Assembly: GCA_963831515.1 (NCBI GenBank)
Contig: CAWHQL010000001.1
Coordinates: 78,555-142,554, forward strand
Length of the DNA stretch: 64,000 nt
Source of the DNA: an uncultured Alphaproteobacteria bacterium
Lineage (GTDB): Bacteria > Pseudomonadota > Alphaproteobacteria > Rhizobiales > Xanthobacteraceae
Direction: 5' to 3'
The number at the start of each line of letters is the position of its first letter. Within the stretch, counting starts at the first letter, position 1. Under the pieces are notes generated by a model. That model worked only from the letters and a program-made list of their open reading frames with translations, did not search any database and was not told where the DNA came from. This document shows, piece after piece, positions 36,248-46,874 of the stretch. The position numbers and the translations under genes are program-made.

Positions 36248-37711
36248 GTGAGTGAGTTGCCGGAAATGATTCAAGCGGTCATGTATTTCGGGATCGGCTT
36301 TCTTTTCGCATCCCTGATCGGACTAGCGGTAATTCCTCTGGTGCATTCGCGCGCGGTGCGGCTCACCTTGCGGCGTGTCGAGAACTCGATCCCACAATCG
36401 ATGGCTGAAATTCAGGCCGACAAGGACCTCCTGCGTGCGGAATTTGCAATGCAGGCGCGTCGTCTCGAAATCGACGTCGAGCAACTCAAAGACAAAACCG
36501 CGAACCAGTTTGCCGAACTCGGCAGGAAGACCGACGTCATCAATCGCCTCAAGATCCAGCACGAGGCGCAGAACGTTGAAACCGTTGCGCTGAGAACCGA
36601 ACTTGAGGCGCTGAAGAAGGAACTCCCGGCCGGCCGCACGGATGTGACCATGCCGGCTGTGGCCTACCAGCGTCACGATCCCGACGTGGTCTCGCTTGTG
36701 CCGAAGGATTGGCCGCGCGCCGAACCGTCGCACACGCCGATCGAGCTTCCGCAGGCCGCAATGCTCGATAATCCGCGGCGCCATGAAAGCGAAGTCGTCT
36801 CGCTGGTATTGCCGCGGGCCACCGAAGGGACAGGAAAGAACGGGGGCTCGCAGGGCCCGAATGCCGTCCATGGATCGCCGGATCAGCCCATCGAGTTGCC
36901 GCGTGAAGCATCGTCGGGCACGGCCTCCGTCGCAGAGCCGCCCATCAACATTTCTCACGACGATCAGGTCGCGCACGAGATTTCATCGACCCGCCGCAGG
37001 GTGTCGCGCAATGTCGTGCGCCTTGTCATTGCCGGGGTGATAGGCGCCGGAGCCGCGATCACCTGGCGGACGTACGGCGACCAGATTGGTGACAAGATCA
37101 ATTCCTGGGCGAAGCCGTTCGATCGCTTGCTGTTCGCCTCGGCCGCAAAATCACCGCCGCCTGCAGCGTCGGGCACGTCGAACCCGTCCGAGACGGTCAA
37201 GCAGATCGAGGCTGCGACGCGTCCTGTCTCTGAGATACGCAGCACCGCCGATCAATTGGTCGCCAAACAGGAGCAGACGGACAACAACACTACGCCGTCG
37301 CCGGCCGCCGCTCAGAATCCGAAAGAGGAATTGCAGCCCGTCGAATCCGCCAAACCAGCTCAAGCTGCTGAGGGCAGCAAAGAGATGTCGCAAGCGGCCG
37401 CGCCATCCAACGCGCAATCCAATGTCACTCAGACGCCGCAGGCAGCAGGGCAGGACGCCAACCAGAAGGTGGCATCGGTTACGCCGGAAACTCGACCAAC
37501 GCAGCCATACCCCGAGACGAGACCGACCACGATTGCCGGCTGGGCGCTTATTGAAGTGGTCGACGGCATGGCGGTTGTGCAGGGCCCGAACGGTGTCTGG
37601 CGCGTGAGGCACGGCGATATGGTCCCCGGCGTCGGCAAAGTTGATTCAATTGTACGTTGGGGCAACCGCTGGATCGTCGCGACCAGCAAAGGTCTTATTT
37701 CTACGCCGTAG
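36248..37711 (+). CDS. bitopic/polytopic coiled-coil membrane protein of unknown function
   Basis: 487 aa, GTG start. N-terminal TM, a coiled-coil (LLRAEFAMQARRLEIDVEQLKDK...), and a second TM (VVRLVIAGVIGAGAAITW). Then a long Pro/Ala/Gln-rich linker and a compact C-terminal beta-rich domain (IAGWALIEVVDGMAVVQGPNGVWRVRHGDMVPGVGKVDSIV). Confidence 0.65.
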   Translation: MSELPEMIQAVMYFGIGFLFASLIGLAVIPLVHSRAVRLTLRRVENSIPQSMAEIQADKDLLRAEFAMQARRLEIDVEQLKDKTANQFAELGRKTDVINRLKIQHEAQNVETVALRTELEALKKELPAGRTDVTMPAVAYQRHDPDVVSLVPKDWPRAEPSHTPIELPQAAMLDNPRRHESEVVSLVLPRATEGTGKNGGSQGPNAVHGSPDQPIELPREASSGTASVAEPPINISHDDQVAHEISSTRRRVSRNVVRLVIAGVIGAGAAITWRTYGDQIGDKINSWAKPFDRLLFASAAKSPPPAASGTSNPSETVKQIEAATRPVSEIRSTADQLVAKQEQTDNNTTPSPAAAQNPKEELQPVESAKPAQAAEGSKEMSQAAAPSNAQSNVTQTPQAAGQDANQKVASVTPETRPTQPYPETRPTTIAGWALIEVVDGMAVVQGPNGVWRVRHGDMVPGVGKVDSIVRWGNRWIVATSKGLISTP

Positions 37712-37731
37712 AACTTGAGTTCCTGCAAAAG

Positions 37732-37765
37732 AAAAAGACCGGAGCGTTTCCGCTCCGGTCTTTTT
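37732..37765. terminator. bidirectional intrinsic terminator
   Basis: aaaaa GACCGGAGCG tttc CGCTCCGGTC ttttt. Perfect 10-bp stem between convergent genes. Confidence 0.8.
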
Positions 37766-37782
37766 GATTTTGCAAGTGTCGC

Positions 37783-39534
37783 TTACTGCAGATCGAGGGT
37801 CTGATAGCGCCCATTCTCGTCGATCTGCGTACCCCACACCTTATGCACGCCTTGATGCTCGGATCGACCGTAGCTCACAGGCGTTCCAAGACCGATATCG
37901 AGGTCGCGGAGGTTTTCGAGGGTCGTCACGAGTTTCTCGGTGTCGAGGTCGGCACCATTGCGCCTCAAGGCTGTGATCAGCACGTTGGCCGCCACGTAGC
38001 CTTCGAGTGACACGTAGTCCGGTTGCTCGCCCGGGAAATATTTTGAGAGCGCGGCCTTGTAGTCGAGCACCAGCGATGAATGGCCATCGAGCGCAGGCAC
38101 GACCTGCGTTACGATGACGCCGCTGGCAAACCGCTTCCCGAGAAGCATCAGCTCGTTGGCAAGGGCAGTGCTGCCGACAAATGAGACGCTCGTGTAGATC
38201 ATGCCCGGGAAGAGATCGCGCGTCTTCTCGATGAATTTTGCCGCAGCCCGATAGCCCGGCACCATGACGACGGCTCTGATCGGAACGCGGCTCTTGCGGA
38301 GCTGATCGACTGCGTCGTCGACGTCAACGGTGTTGCGCTGGTAGTGGAGGCGTAAAATCGCGTTCTCGTCGCCGCCGAGAGCACGTATGGCTTTCGCCAC
38401 CCCGCTGAAGCCCGCGTCGCCGTAGGCGTCCTGCTGCGCAAAGACCGCAATCTGGCTAGGCTTCAGGCGTTTCACTTTCACCAGATATTGGACGGTGGCA
38501 GCGGTTTCTTCGGCATAGCTGGCGCGATAGTTGAAGACATAGCGGTCCGGCGGATCGCTTCTGAGCAGTCCTGCGCCGGTGAATGCACCGAAGAAGATCA
38601 TCTTGCGATCGAGCGCATACGGCAAGGCGACGGCTGCAGTGGGCGTACCGACGTTGCCGACGACCGCGAACACCTGATCCTTTTCGTAGAGGCGCTTCAT
38701 TGTCTCGGCGGTGCGAGCAGGCTCGTAGCCGTCGTCCGCCGCAATAAGCTTGAGTTGCCGGCCATTTATACCGCCGCGGGCGTTCGCCGCATTGAATGCA
38801 GCTTCGATGCCCAGCCGCATATTCTGGCCGAGTTCCTTGTTCGCGCCGCTGAACGGCGCGGAAATTCCGAACCGGATTTCTGTGTCGGTGACACCGCGAA
38901 CCATGACCTTCGGACCCGAGGGGTCCTGGCCGAGCGGTTGTCCAGGCGTCGAAAGAGATAGTTGCTGCCCGCCTGACGATGCCTGCGCGACAGTGGTCGG
39001 TGCGGGCTGTGCGACCGCAGCAGGTGCCGGCGGTGCGCTAGCGGTGGATGCTACCGGTTGCGCCACAGGGGCAGGGACCGGTGCAGCCACTGAAGCCGAT
39101 GCGGTGCGCGTCTGCGAAGCGGTCGACTCACTCGCGGTGCTCGCCGTCAGCAGTTCGGTTGATTTGGAAGATCCGAACAGCCGCGATGTTGCATCGACCA
39201 GCGCGTGTGCGCCTTGCGATATCGGACGTGCGAAGATGAGAACCAGCGCGACGACAGCCGCGAATGTGACAACAAGTGCAACGCGTCCGATCAAGGCCGA
39301 TGGTCCGTCTTCTAGGCGGTGGGGTGGGGCCGGTGGCTCCGGAACAGGCTCTGGCCAGGACGGAAAATCAGACGCTGCGCGTCTCTCCGTACTGGGTGTT
39401 CGGGGCGCCGGCACCGTGGGCGCCGAAGGAACGTAGGGTCGCCCTTCGCTTGGGGTTGGCGGCTGCTCGCGAAATCGTTTGGGAGCAAACCTACTATAGT
39501 CGGAGGACTCGTCGTCACGGGTTGGGCCACTCAT
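37783..39534 (-). CDS. membrane-anchored type-I periplasmic binding protein (Leu/Ile/Val-binding family fold) with a Pro-rich cytoplasmic N-terminus; orphan
   Basis: 583 aa. About 85 aa of Pro-rich N-terminus, a TM (LIGRVALVVTFAAVVALVLIFA), and an approximately 130-aa Ala/Pro/Ser linker. Then a Peripla_BP_6-like domain (IRFGISAPFSGANKELGQNMRLGIEAAFN...VFAVVGNVGTPTA). No adjacent ABC permease or ATPase. Confidence 0.8.
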   Translation of the reverse strand: MSGPTRDDESSDYSRFAPKRFREQPPTPSEGRPYVPSAPTVPAPRTPSTERRAASDFPSWPEPVPEPPAPPHRLEDGPSALIGRVALVVTFAAVVALVLIFARPISQGAHALVDATSRLFGSSKSTELLTASTASESTASQTRTASASVAAPVPAPVAQPVASTASAPPAPAAVAQPAPTTVAQASSGGQQLSLSTPGQPLGQDPSGPKVMVRGVTDTEIRFGISAPFSGANKELGQNMRLGIEAAFNAANARGGINGRQLKLIAADDGYEPARTAETMKRLYEKDQVFAVVGNVGTPTAAVALPYALDRKMIFFGAFTGAGLLRSDPPDRYVFNYRASYAEETAATVQYLVKVKRLKPSQIAVFAQQDAYGDAGFSGVAKAIRALGGDENAILRLHYQRNTVDVDDAVDQLRKSRVPIRAVVMVPGYRAAAKFIEKTRDLFPGMIYTSVSFVGSTALANELMLLGKRFASGVIVTQVVPALDGHSSLVLDYKAALSKYFPGEQPDYVSLEGYVAANVLITALRRNGADLDTEKLVTTLENLRDLDIGLGTPVSYGRSEHQGVHKVWGTQIDENGRYQTLDLQ

Positions 39535-39703
39535 GTTCGCCTCTTACGCGGTACTTTGGCTGGGTTTTTTCTACTGTCGTTACGGCCAGCGATGCTTTGG
39601 CACTGTCAGGAATGCTGAGACATTTCAAAAACACTACCATATTAGTTCCATTAGTCTCGGTAGTCGTGTACCGCAGCGCTTCAGTGCCAAATCGAGACAC
39701 GGC

Positions 39704-39729
39704 AAAAAAACCCGGTAAATCAGGGTTTT
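39704..39729 (-). terminator. intrinsic terminator downstream of the AhpD-like gene
   Basis: On the minus strand this reads GGAAAACCCTG attta CCGGGTTTTTTT, a 7-9 bp stem plus a T7 tract. Confidence 0.55.
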
Positions 39730-39862
39730 CCTGACGTGCACTTCATGCGGCCTCTCCACGACGTTGATTATTTTTTTACGTACTGACTTCTGAACTTGCT
39801 TGACATTTGCTGGGAATATCCAGCAACGGCTTTCCATCACAAAATCTGCGAGCAAGTCGGGC

Positions 39863-40324
39863 CTAGGCGGCCGCTTTCTTGCTTTCGACCTGCGGCGGCA
39901 CGCGAAACGCGATCGCGATCCTGTTCCAGCTATTGATAGCAATCGCGGCCGCAGTGAGGTCAACGATCTCCTTTTCGGAGAACTCCTGGCGCACCGTTTC
40001 AAAGACGTCGTCGGGCACGTGGCCCTGCGCCACCAACGTCACGGCCTCGATCCAGCCGAGCGCCGCGCGCTCGCGCGCGCTGTAGATCGGCGCTTCGCGC
40101 CAGGCGTTCAGCAGATGCATGCGCTCGTCGGTTTCGCCAAGCTTGCGTGCGTCGCGCGTATGCATCGCGAGACAATAGGCGCAACCGTTGATTTGCGAGA
40201 CGCGGATCTTGATCAGTTCGCGCAGTTTCGGATCAAGACCGGACTTGTCGACATATGACTGGATTGCCGCAACGGCCTGATATGCGGCCGGGCTTACTTT
40301 AGTAACATCAATTCGTTGCTGCAT
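39863..40324 (-). CDS. carboxymuconolactone decarboxylase / AhpD-like peroxidase family protein
   Basis: 153 aa with the CxxC motif in INGCAYCLAMH. Confidence 0.85.
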   Translation of the reverse strand: MQQRIDVTKVSPAAYQAVAAIQSYVDKSGLDPKLRELIKIRVSQINGCAYCLAMHTRDARKLGETDERMHLLNAWREAPIYSARERAALGWIEAVTLVAQGHVPDDVFETVRQEFSEKEIVDLTAAAIAINSWNRIAIAFRVPPQVESKKAAA

Positions 40325-40489
40325 GAGGACTCCGCGATGTCGGCCGCGTCACCCTCAGTTATATATCCACGCGAAAAATGCCGGGAGTTTGACAGCTTCG
40401 TGACAAACACGTGGACATGGAACGAATGGTGGCGCCGCAGGTATCTCTGTAATCGGATCAGATTTGTTGACGATCTGCAAATGGCAAGG

Positions 40490-41140
40490 TCAGGCACTCA
40501 TCGTTGAACGCGCGGTACTGCCACCATCGCCCAGCGCGCCCTTTTCCTCGATGAAGCGGACGATGTCATCAAGTCCTTGGCCAATCCGCAGATTTGTCAT
40601 GATGAACGGCCGGGCGCCGCGCATGCGCAGCGCATCGCGCTGCATCACCTCGAGCGAGGCGCCGACGTGCGGCGCAAGATCGATCTTGTTGATGACCAGA
40701 AGGTCGGAACGAGTGATGCCCGGCCCGCCTTTTGAAGGGATCTTCTCGCCGGCCGCGACGTCGATCACGTAAATCGTCAGATCGGCGAGCTCAGGCGAAA
40801 AAGTTGCGGCCAGGTTGTCGCCGCCGGACTCGATCAGCACCATGTCGAGGTCAGGGAAACGTTGGCGCATGTCGGCCACGGCCGCGAGGTTAGCCGACGC
40901 ATCCTCGCGGATCGCAGTGTGCGGACATCCACCGGTCTCGACGCCAGTAATGCGTTCAGGGGCGAGCGCACCGGAACGGACGAGATATTCGGCATCCCAT
41001 TTCGTGTAAATGTCATTGGTAATCGCGGCGATGTCGTAATGGTCGCGCATGCGTTTGCACAGTGAGTCCATGAGAGCGGTCTTGCCCGATCCCACGGGAC
41101 CCCCGATGCCGACCCTGAGCGGACCGTGAGAGCTTTTCAT
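40490..41140 (-). CDS. ureG: urease accessory GTPase UreG
   Basis: Internal ATG at 41140 ([23 protein letters not shown]). The CPH motif is in [13 protein letters not shown]. About 216 aa. Confidence 0.95.
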   Translation of the reverse strand: MKSSHGPLRVGIGGPVGSGKTALMDSLCKRMRDHYDIAAITNDIYTKWDAEYLVRSGALAPERITGVETGGCPHTAIREDASANLAAVADMRQRFPDLDMVLIESGGDNLAATFSPELADLTIYVIDVAAGEKIPSKGGPGITRSDLLVINKIDLAPHVGASLEVMQRDALRMRGARPFIMTNLRIGQGLDDIVRFIEEKGALGDGGSTARSTMSA

Positions 41141-41162
41141 CGCAGCGGTATCCTCATTCTTA

Positions 41163-41951
41163 CTAGCTCCGGAATAGCCGAGTGTATTGCGTTTCATGCC
41201 GCATGCTCGCGATATCCGCGCGGAATACGGCGCTGCCCGCTTCATCGAGAGTGGCCACAAGTGCACGTTTTGCGGCCTCGGCGACAACAGGTTCGAGCAA
41301 AGCCGTCGCGCGCTGGCCATCTGTCTGCCCCAGAGGAATGAGGCGGATTCCGGCGGAAATCCAGTTCGCCGCAAGCGCCTGCAGGTAAACAGCGAGCGAT
41401 TGTTCGAGTGGGATCTCATGGCCAGCCGCAGCGACCGCGACCGTGACGGGATAGGCGAGGGGCCCGCGCCAGATTTCGAAGAGGCGGTCGAAAGCCGGAC
41501 AAGGCCAGGCCGCTCGCGTCACCTCGAGAAATGCTCGCCCCTGCGCAGTCGTCTCGAGGAAACGCTCGCGCGATGGTGTCAAAGCCGCCGCAAGCTCGGC
41601 AACCTCGAACAACGCACGATCTTCACCCGACGAACAGGCGCGATAAGACTGCGCGAAAAGTACAGCATCGCAATAGCCCGCGCCGTCCGTGAGCAAAGTC
41701 TGTAACCAATCGTAAAGCCGATCGGCGCTTGTCACGTCGCCGGCTTCAACGGCCCATTCAAGTCCACTCGAATAGGAAAATGCGCCGACCGGATAAGCCG
41801 GCGAGAGCCAGGCCATCAGGCGGTAAAGCGAGGACGCTGCAACGTTGCGCTGATCGTCGAGGCACGCGTCGATTTCCTTTGCCTCAACCGCTCGAGGCCC
41901 ACGCTTTTGCAGTGAGACACGGCGAAGCAATGCAACCCGCTTCCTACCCAT
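41163..41951 (-). CDS. ureF: urease accessory protein UreF
   Basis: [25 protein letters not shown] motif. The start overlaps the ureE stop by 8 nt. The exact start is uncertain. Confidence 0.85.
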   Translation of the reverse strand: MGRKRVALLRRVSLQKRGPRAVEAKEIDACLDDQRNVAASSLYRLMAWLSPAYPVGAFSYSSGLEWAVEAGDVTSADRLYDWLQTLLTDGAGYCDAVLFAQSYRACSSGEDRALFEVAELAAALTPSRERFLETTAQGRAFLEVTRAAWPCPAFDRLFEIWRGPLAYPVTVAVAAAGHEIPLEQSLAVYLQALAANWISAGIRLIPLGQTDGQRATALLEPVVAEAAKRALVATLDEAGSAVFRADIASMRHETQYTRLFRS

Positions 41952-42396
41952 GGCCGTGCCCGTGATGATCGTAGGCGCCGCTTTCCGGATCGAACGGCGC
42001 GACGACGTAGGTCAACGACGCGCCAAGCCCACGCAGCATCTCTTCAAGGACGTGATCGCGGCGGATGCGCAGACCGTTTTCCGTCATCTGCACCTCGGTA
42101 TGGCGGTTGCCGAGATGCCAGGCGATGCGCCGGATATCGTGCGCGTCTGCAGTAATCTGGACCAGGTCCTCGGCTTTGCCAGTCACCCGCACCAGCGAGC
42201 CGTCCTCAAGCAACAAGCCGTCGCCGTCGCGCAGTTGCGCCGGTCGCGGCAGGTCGAGCAGGTAAGTCGCGCCACGCTCACCGACAAAGACAACCCGGCG
42301 ACGATGCCGATCCTGAGCATCGAGGACGATGAAGTCGCACGCCGTTTCGGGGTTCCAGGCCGACGCCGGCTTGATGTCGGTAACGCGCTTCATCAT
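41944..42396 (-). CDS. ureE: urease accessory metallochaperone UreE
   Basis: 150 aa with IAWHLGNRHTEVQ and a His-rich tail DHHGHGHG. Confidence 0.9.
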   Translation of the reverse strand: MMKRVTDIKPASAWNPETACDFIVLDAQDRHRRRVVFVGERGATYLLDLPRPAQLRDGDGLLLEDGSLVRVTGKAEDLVQITADAHDIRRIAWHLGNRHTEVQMTENGLRIRRDHVLEEMLRGLGASLTYVVAPFDPESGAYDHHGHGHG

Positions 42397-42402
42397 GCGA
42401 GC

Positions 42403-44112
42403 CTAGAAAAGAAAATATCGCTGCGCCATCGGCAGTGTTTCCGCCGGCGCGCAGGTCAACAGTTCTCCGTCGGCGGTGACCTCGTAGGTTTCCGGATCGA
42501 CAGTGATGTCGGGGGTCGCGGCATTGTGCACCATGCTTTTCTTCGAAATATCGCGTGTATGCTCAACGGCAACCAGCTCCTTGTCCACGCCGAGTTTGCG
42601 CCGCAGCCCGCTTTTCACCGCCGCCTTCGATACGAACACCAGTGACGAGGCTGTCCGCGCCTTTCCGAACGCGCCGAACATGGGTCTGTAATGCACCGGC
42701 TGCGGGGTCGGGATCGAGGCGTTAGGATCGCCCATTAGCGCGGCCGCGATGCTGCCGCCCTTGATGACCATGTCCGGTTTCACGCCGAAGAAGGCCGGCG
42801 TCCACAGCACTAGATCCGCCAACTTGCCCTTCTCGACAGACCCGATGTGTTTCGACACGCCGTGCGCAATTGCGGGATTGATCGTGTACTTGGCGACGTA
42901 GCGCTTGGCTCGGGCATTGTCGTTGTCGCCTTTTTCCTGCGGCAGACGGCCGCGCTGCTTCTTCATTTTGTCCGCGGTTTGCCAGGTGCGGATGATCACT
43001 TCGCCGATGCGTCCCATGGCCTGGCTGTCCGATGACATCATCGATAGGGCGCCGATATCGTGCAGGATGTCCTCGGCCGCGATGGTTTCCTTGCGGATGC
43101 GGCTCTCGGCGAATGCGAGGTCTTCGGCGATGGACGGATCGAGATGGTGGCAAACCATCAACATGTCGAGATGTTCGTCGATCGTATTGCGCGTGAACGG
43201 TCGTGTCGGATTGGTGGAAGAGGGCAAAACGTTTTTCAGGCCGGCGACCTTGATGATGTCGGGCGCATGTCCGCCGCCCGCGCCTTCGGTATGAAAGGCG
43301 TGGATGGTGCGGCCCTTGAAAGCCTTGATGGTGTCTTCGACGAATCCGCTTTCGTTCAACGTGTCGGTGTGAATCATCACCTGCACGTCGTAGTCGTCGG
43401 CGACCGACAGGCAACAGTCGATTGCCGCCGGTGTCGTGCCCCAGTCTTCATGCAACTTGAGGGCGCAAGCGCCAGCTTTGACCATTTCTTCGAGCGCCGC
43501 GGGTCGTGACGCGTTGCCTTTCCCGGCAAAGCCGAGGTTCATCGGAAAATCATCGGCCGCCTGAATCATGCGGCCGATGTGCCAGGGGCCCGGTGTGCAC
43601 GTTGTGGCATTGGTTCCGGCTGCGGGTCCGGTGCCGCCACCGAGCATGGAGGTGATGCCCGACATCAGGGCCTCGTCCACCTGCTGCGGACAGATAAAGT
43701 GAATGTGCGTGTCGAAACCGCCGGCCGTGAGGATTTTTCCTTCGCCGGCAATGGCCTCGGTTCCCGGGCCGATCACGATGGTCACGCCGGGCTGGATATC
43801 GGGATTGCCTGCCTTACCGATGGCTGCGATGCGGCCGTCCTTCAGTCCAACGTCGGCCTTCACGATCCCCCAGTGATCGAGAATGAGGGCGTTGGTGATG
43901 ACGGTGTCGACCGCCCCCTGTTTGTTGGTGACTTGCGACTGTCCCATCCCGTCGCGAATGACCTTGCCGCCGCCGAATTTCACCTCTTCGCCGTAGATGG
44001 TGAAATCTTTTTCCACCTCGATGATGAGGTCAGTGTCGGCCAGCCGGACGCGGTCGCCGGTGGTCGGGCCAAACATGTCGGCGTAGACGCGCCGCGAGAT
44101 TTTTCCCGGCAT
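42403..44112 (-). CDS. ureC: urease subunit alpha
   Basis: 569 aa. [29 protein letters not shown]..., [23 protein letters not shown]. Confidence 0.97.
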   Translation of the reverse strand: MPGKISRRVYADMFGPTTGDRVRLADTDLIIEVEKDFTIYGEEVKFGGGKVIRDGMGQSQVTNKQGAVDTVITNALILDHWGIVKADVGLKDGRIAAIGKAGNPDIQPGVTIVIGPGTEAIAGEGKILTAGGFDTHIHFICPQQVDEALMSGITSMLGGGTGPAAGTNATTCTPGPWHIGRMIQAADDFPMNLGFAGKGNASRPAALEEMVKAGACALKLHEDWGTTPAAIDCCLSVADDYDVQVMIHTDTLNESGFVEDTIKAFKGRTIHAFHTEGAGGGHAPDIIKVAGLKNVLPSSTNPTRPFTRNTIDEHLDMLMVCHHLDPSIAEDLAFAESRIRKETIAAEDILHDIGALSMMSSDSQAMGRIGEVIIRTWQTADKMKKQRGRLPQEKGDNDNARAKRYVAKYTINPAIAHGVSKHIGSVEKGKLADLVLWTPAFFGVKPDMVIKGGSIAAALMGDPNASIPTPQPVHYRPMFGAFGKARTASSLVFVSKAAVKSGLRRKLGVDKELVAVEHTRDISKKSMVHNAATPDITVDPETYEVTADGELLTCAPAETLPMAQRYFLF

Positions 44113-44122
44113 GGATTTGTCC

Positions 44123-44428
44123 TCAGAGCTTGCCCATCACGCCTTGGCGGAAGCCGTAGATCGTTCGCTTGCCGGCCAGCGCTACCAAAGTCACCTCGCG
44201 TGTCTGTCCCGGCTCGAAACGCACCGCCGTTCCGGCGGCAATGTCGAGCCGCATGCCGCGCGCCTTCTTGCGGTCGAACGACAAAGCCGGGTTGGTCTCG
44301 AAAAAATGATAGTGCGAGCCCACCTGAATCGGCCGGTCGCCGGTATTGGATACCGTGACGGTCAGCGTCTTCCGGCCCGCGTTGAGTTCGATCTCGCCAT
44401 CCCTAATGAACATCTCGCCGGGGATCAT
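44123..44428 (-). CDS. ureB: urease subunit beta
   Basis: [46 protein letters not shown]. Confidence 0.95.
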   Translation of the reverse strand: MIPGEMFIRDGEIELNAGRKTLTVTVSNTGDRPIQVGSHYHFFETNPALSFDRKKARGMRLDIAAGTAVRFEPGQTREVTLVALAGKRTIYGFRQGVMGKL

Positions 44429-45009
44429 TGGAGAATCCCCGCGTAGAGACCGGCCGCGACGGGGAGGCAGAGCGCGCCGACAACGCGAATGGCGGGGCGC
44501 AGAGAGAAGTGCGTCATCGTCGCCGCAAAGCCAATTCCGGCAAGATGCAGCGCCGCCGTGGCAAGTGCGAAGCCAGCCATGTATTCGACGCCGTTCAACG
44601 TCCCCACGACCTCGGTGCCATGCGCATGGCCGTGAAAGAGCGCAAACACCGCCAGGATTGCGGCACCGACGGACACTGGGAGATCGACGGCCAGGGCCAC
44701 CAGCAGTGCCAACGCGACCACCGATGCCAGAATGACAGGCTCAACAAACGGCAGCGGCACGCCTTCCATGCCGAGGACGCCACCAATCAGCATGACTCCG
44801 ACGAAGATCGAAGGCCAAACCCACAGCGCACGACCGCCTTTCAACCCTGCCCAGAGCCCGACAAGGACCATTACAGTGACGTGGTCGAGCCCTCCGAACG
44901 GGTGTCCAAACCCGGCTGTGAACGAAGCGGTGGAGCCGTGGCCAACATGTGCAATGGCCGGGCCGGCGGCGAGCATGAGCAGCGCTGCGATTGGCACGAG
45001 TTTTTTCAT
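44425..45009 (-). CDS. hupE: HupE/UreJ family nickel transporter
   Basis: ATG at 45009 with GAGGA upstream (the track start at 45024 is TTG). Signal [20 protein letters not shown] followed by HVGHG, and the GHPFGGLDH motif. Multiple TM segments. Confidence 0.85.
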   Translation of the reverse strand: MKKLVPIAALLMLAAGPAIAHVGHGSTASFTAGFGHPFGGLDHVTVMVLVGLWAGLKGGRALWVWPSIFVGVMLIGGVLGMEGVPLPFVEPVILASVVALALLVALAVDLPVSVGAAILAVFALFHGHAHGTEVVGTLNGVEYMAGFALATAALHLAGIGFAATMTHFSLRPAIRVVGALCLPVAAGLYAGILQ

Positions 45010-45020
45010 AGGTTGCATCC

Positions 45021-45323
45021 TCAACGGATAGGATTGTGAACGGTGACGAGCTTGCTGCCGTCGGGAAACGTGGCTTCGACCTGGATGTCGTGGATCATCT
45101 CCGAAATTCCATCCATCACCTGTGCACGCGTAATCACGTGTGCGCCTGCTTCCATGAGCTCGGCGACGCTTCTGCCATCCCGCGCGCCTTCGAGTATGAA
45201 ATCGGTGATCAGCGCGACAGCTTCCGGGTGATTGAGCTTGACGCCACGTTCGAGCCGGCGACGCGCGATAATCGCCGCCATGGCGATCATAAGCTTATCT
45301 TTCTCGCGCGGCGTCAGATTCAT
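45021..45323 (-). CDS. ureA: urease subunit gamma
   Basis: [39 protein letters not shown]. Confidence 0.95.
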   Translation of the reverse strand: MNLTPREKDKLMIAMAAIIARRRLERGVKLNHPEAVALITDFILEGARDGRSVAELMEAGAHVITRAQVMDGISEMIHDIQVEATFPDGSKLVTVHNPIR

Positions 45324-45330
45324 CTCATTC

Positions 45331-46176
45331 TCATTGCAACCAAAGTCGCGGCAACGTTACGTCGAATGCAGACAGCAGCGTCACGAGATCGTGTCGGAGC
45401 ACGGCGCCATCCGGAGCGCAAAGCCGTGCGACCGCGATCCCGTTCCACGCGGAGATACCGACTTCACCCGTAAACCGTTCGCCGCAATCGCGTGCGGCAG
45501 CGATGGTCTGCTCGTCGCCAGGTACGGCCAACACTGTCGCAACGGCTATGCCGCCGCCCGCAACTGCAGGCCGCGCAAGCTTGCGGGCGACCGCACCATC
45601 GAGACGGATGTTCTCGGCAAAAACCAGTTGGCCGCCGCGTCGTATGCGCCACCGATCGACGAGGCTGCCTTCGTGTACTAGTTCACCCATCGCGGAACGG
45701 CCGAACACGATCGCTTCGGCCATGACCAGGGTGGCATCTGGCGAGAGGTTGACGTCGATACGGCGCGAAAGCCGTGCGTGATCGAATAGAATTGTCTCCT
45801 GCGGGAGCCAGAGACATCGGCTCCCGGCAGCCGCATCGATTGTCAGCGCGAGCACCGAATCCGCACCAGTCGATCGGTAGATTTTTTCCGCCGCGGCGGT
45901 GCCGGCGAGCAGCTGTGCGCTCTCGTCGAGGGACAGACTTATCGAAAAGTCGTCGCCACCAGTCATGCCGCCGGCGGTGTTGATGAGCACGGCTTCCAGC
46001 ATTTCCGGCGCGGCGGTCGGAAAGCGCACCCGCAACGAGCCAGCCTCATGAACGCCCTTTCGGAGCGTGCGGTTTTCCTTGGCGCGCACGGAAAGCCTGA
46101 TGCGTCCGGTCGCCCGATTGGCCATGAGGCCCGTGGATGACCCCACCGGAAGCCGTTCGACCGTCGAACGACTCAT
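45331..46176 (-). CDS. ureD: urease accessory protein UreD
   Basis: ATG at 46176 overlaps the urtE stop (ATGA). GRIRLSV...GSLRVRFP...[11 protein letters not shown] motifs. Confidence 0.85.
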   Translation of the reverse strand: MSRSTVERLPVGSSTGLMANRATGRIRLSVRAKENRTLRKGVHEAGSLRVRFPTAAPEMLEAVLINTAGGMTGGDDFSISLSLDESAQLLAGTAAAEKIYRSTGADSVLALTIDAAAGSRCLWLPQETILFDHARLSRRIDVNLSPDATLVMAEAIVFGRSAMGELVHEGSLVDRWRIRRGGQLVFAENIRLDGAVARKLARPAVAGGGIAVATVLAVPGDEQTIAAARDCGERFTGEVGISAWNGIAVARLCAPDGAVLRHDLVTLLSAFDVTLPRLWLQ

Positions 46177-46874
46177 ATTGCCAAGGCGCGCTTGAGCGCC
46201 CCTTCGTCCATCGAGGATTTGTCGCACGAATACACGATTGAGCCGCGCTCCATGACGGCAAAATGGTCGCCCAGCTCGCTGGCAAAATCGAGATACTGTT
46301 CGACCAGCACGATGGCCATCTCACCGAGCCCGCGAAGGTAGCTGATGGCCCGGCCAATGTCCTTGATGATCGAGGGCTGAATGCCTTCGGTCGGCTCGTC
46401 GAGCAGCAGAAGCTTTGGCCGCATGACCAAAGCGCGTCCGATCGCCAGTTGCTGTTGCTGGCCACCGGAGAGATCGCCACCGCGGCGCCTGAGCATGCTG
46501 CTCAGGACCGGGAAGAGCGAGAAAACATCGTTGGGCACGTCTCTTTCTTCACGCGGCAACGGCGCAAAACCGGTCTCCAGATTTTCCTCAACGGTGAGCA
46601 AAGGAAAGATCTCGCGGCCTTGCGGCACGAAACCAATGCCGCTGCGTGCGCGTGACACTGTCGAGAGCCCGGTGATGTCGGTCCCATCGAGAAAGATGCT
46701 GCCCTTACTCACCGGATGCTGGCCGACGATCGCGCGCAGCAGGCTGGTTTTGCCCACGCCATTGCGGCCGAGCACGCACGTGACCTTTCCCGCTTCGGCC
46801 TTCAGCGAAATTCCGCGCAGGGCCTGTGCCGCCCCGTAGTGAAGATCGATGTCACTGACTTCCAGCATGATCAT
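46173..46874 (-). CDS. urtE: urea ABC transporter ATP-binding protein UrtE
   Basis: GRNGVGKTS Walker A, LSGGQQQQLAIGRAL, LLLDEPTEG. The start overlaps the urtD stop (ATGA). Confidence 0.9.
   Translation of the reverse strand: MIMLEVSDIDLHYGAAQALRGISLKAEAGKVTCVLGRNGVGKTSLLRAIVGQHPVSKGSIFLDGTDITGLSTVSRARSGIGFVPQGREIFPLLTVEENLETGFAPLPREERDVPNDVFSLFPVLSSMLRRRGGDLSGGQQQQLAIGRALVMRPKLLLLDEPTEGIQPSIIKDIGRAISYLRGLGEMAIVLVEQYLDFASELGDHFAVMERGSIVYSCDKSSMDEGALKRALAI

Noticed and set aside
39795-39830. TTGACA hexamer (cttgcTTGACAtttgctgggaatatcc) considered as a promoter for a plus-strand transcript.
   Set aside because: No -10 element lies at 16-18 bp spacing, and there is no downstream plus-strand gene.
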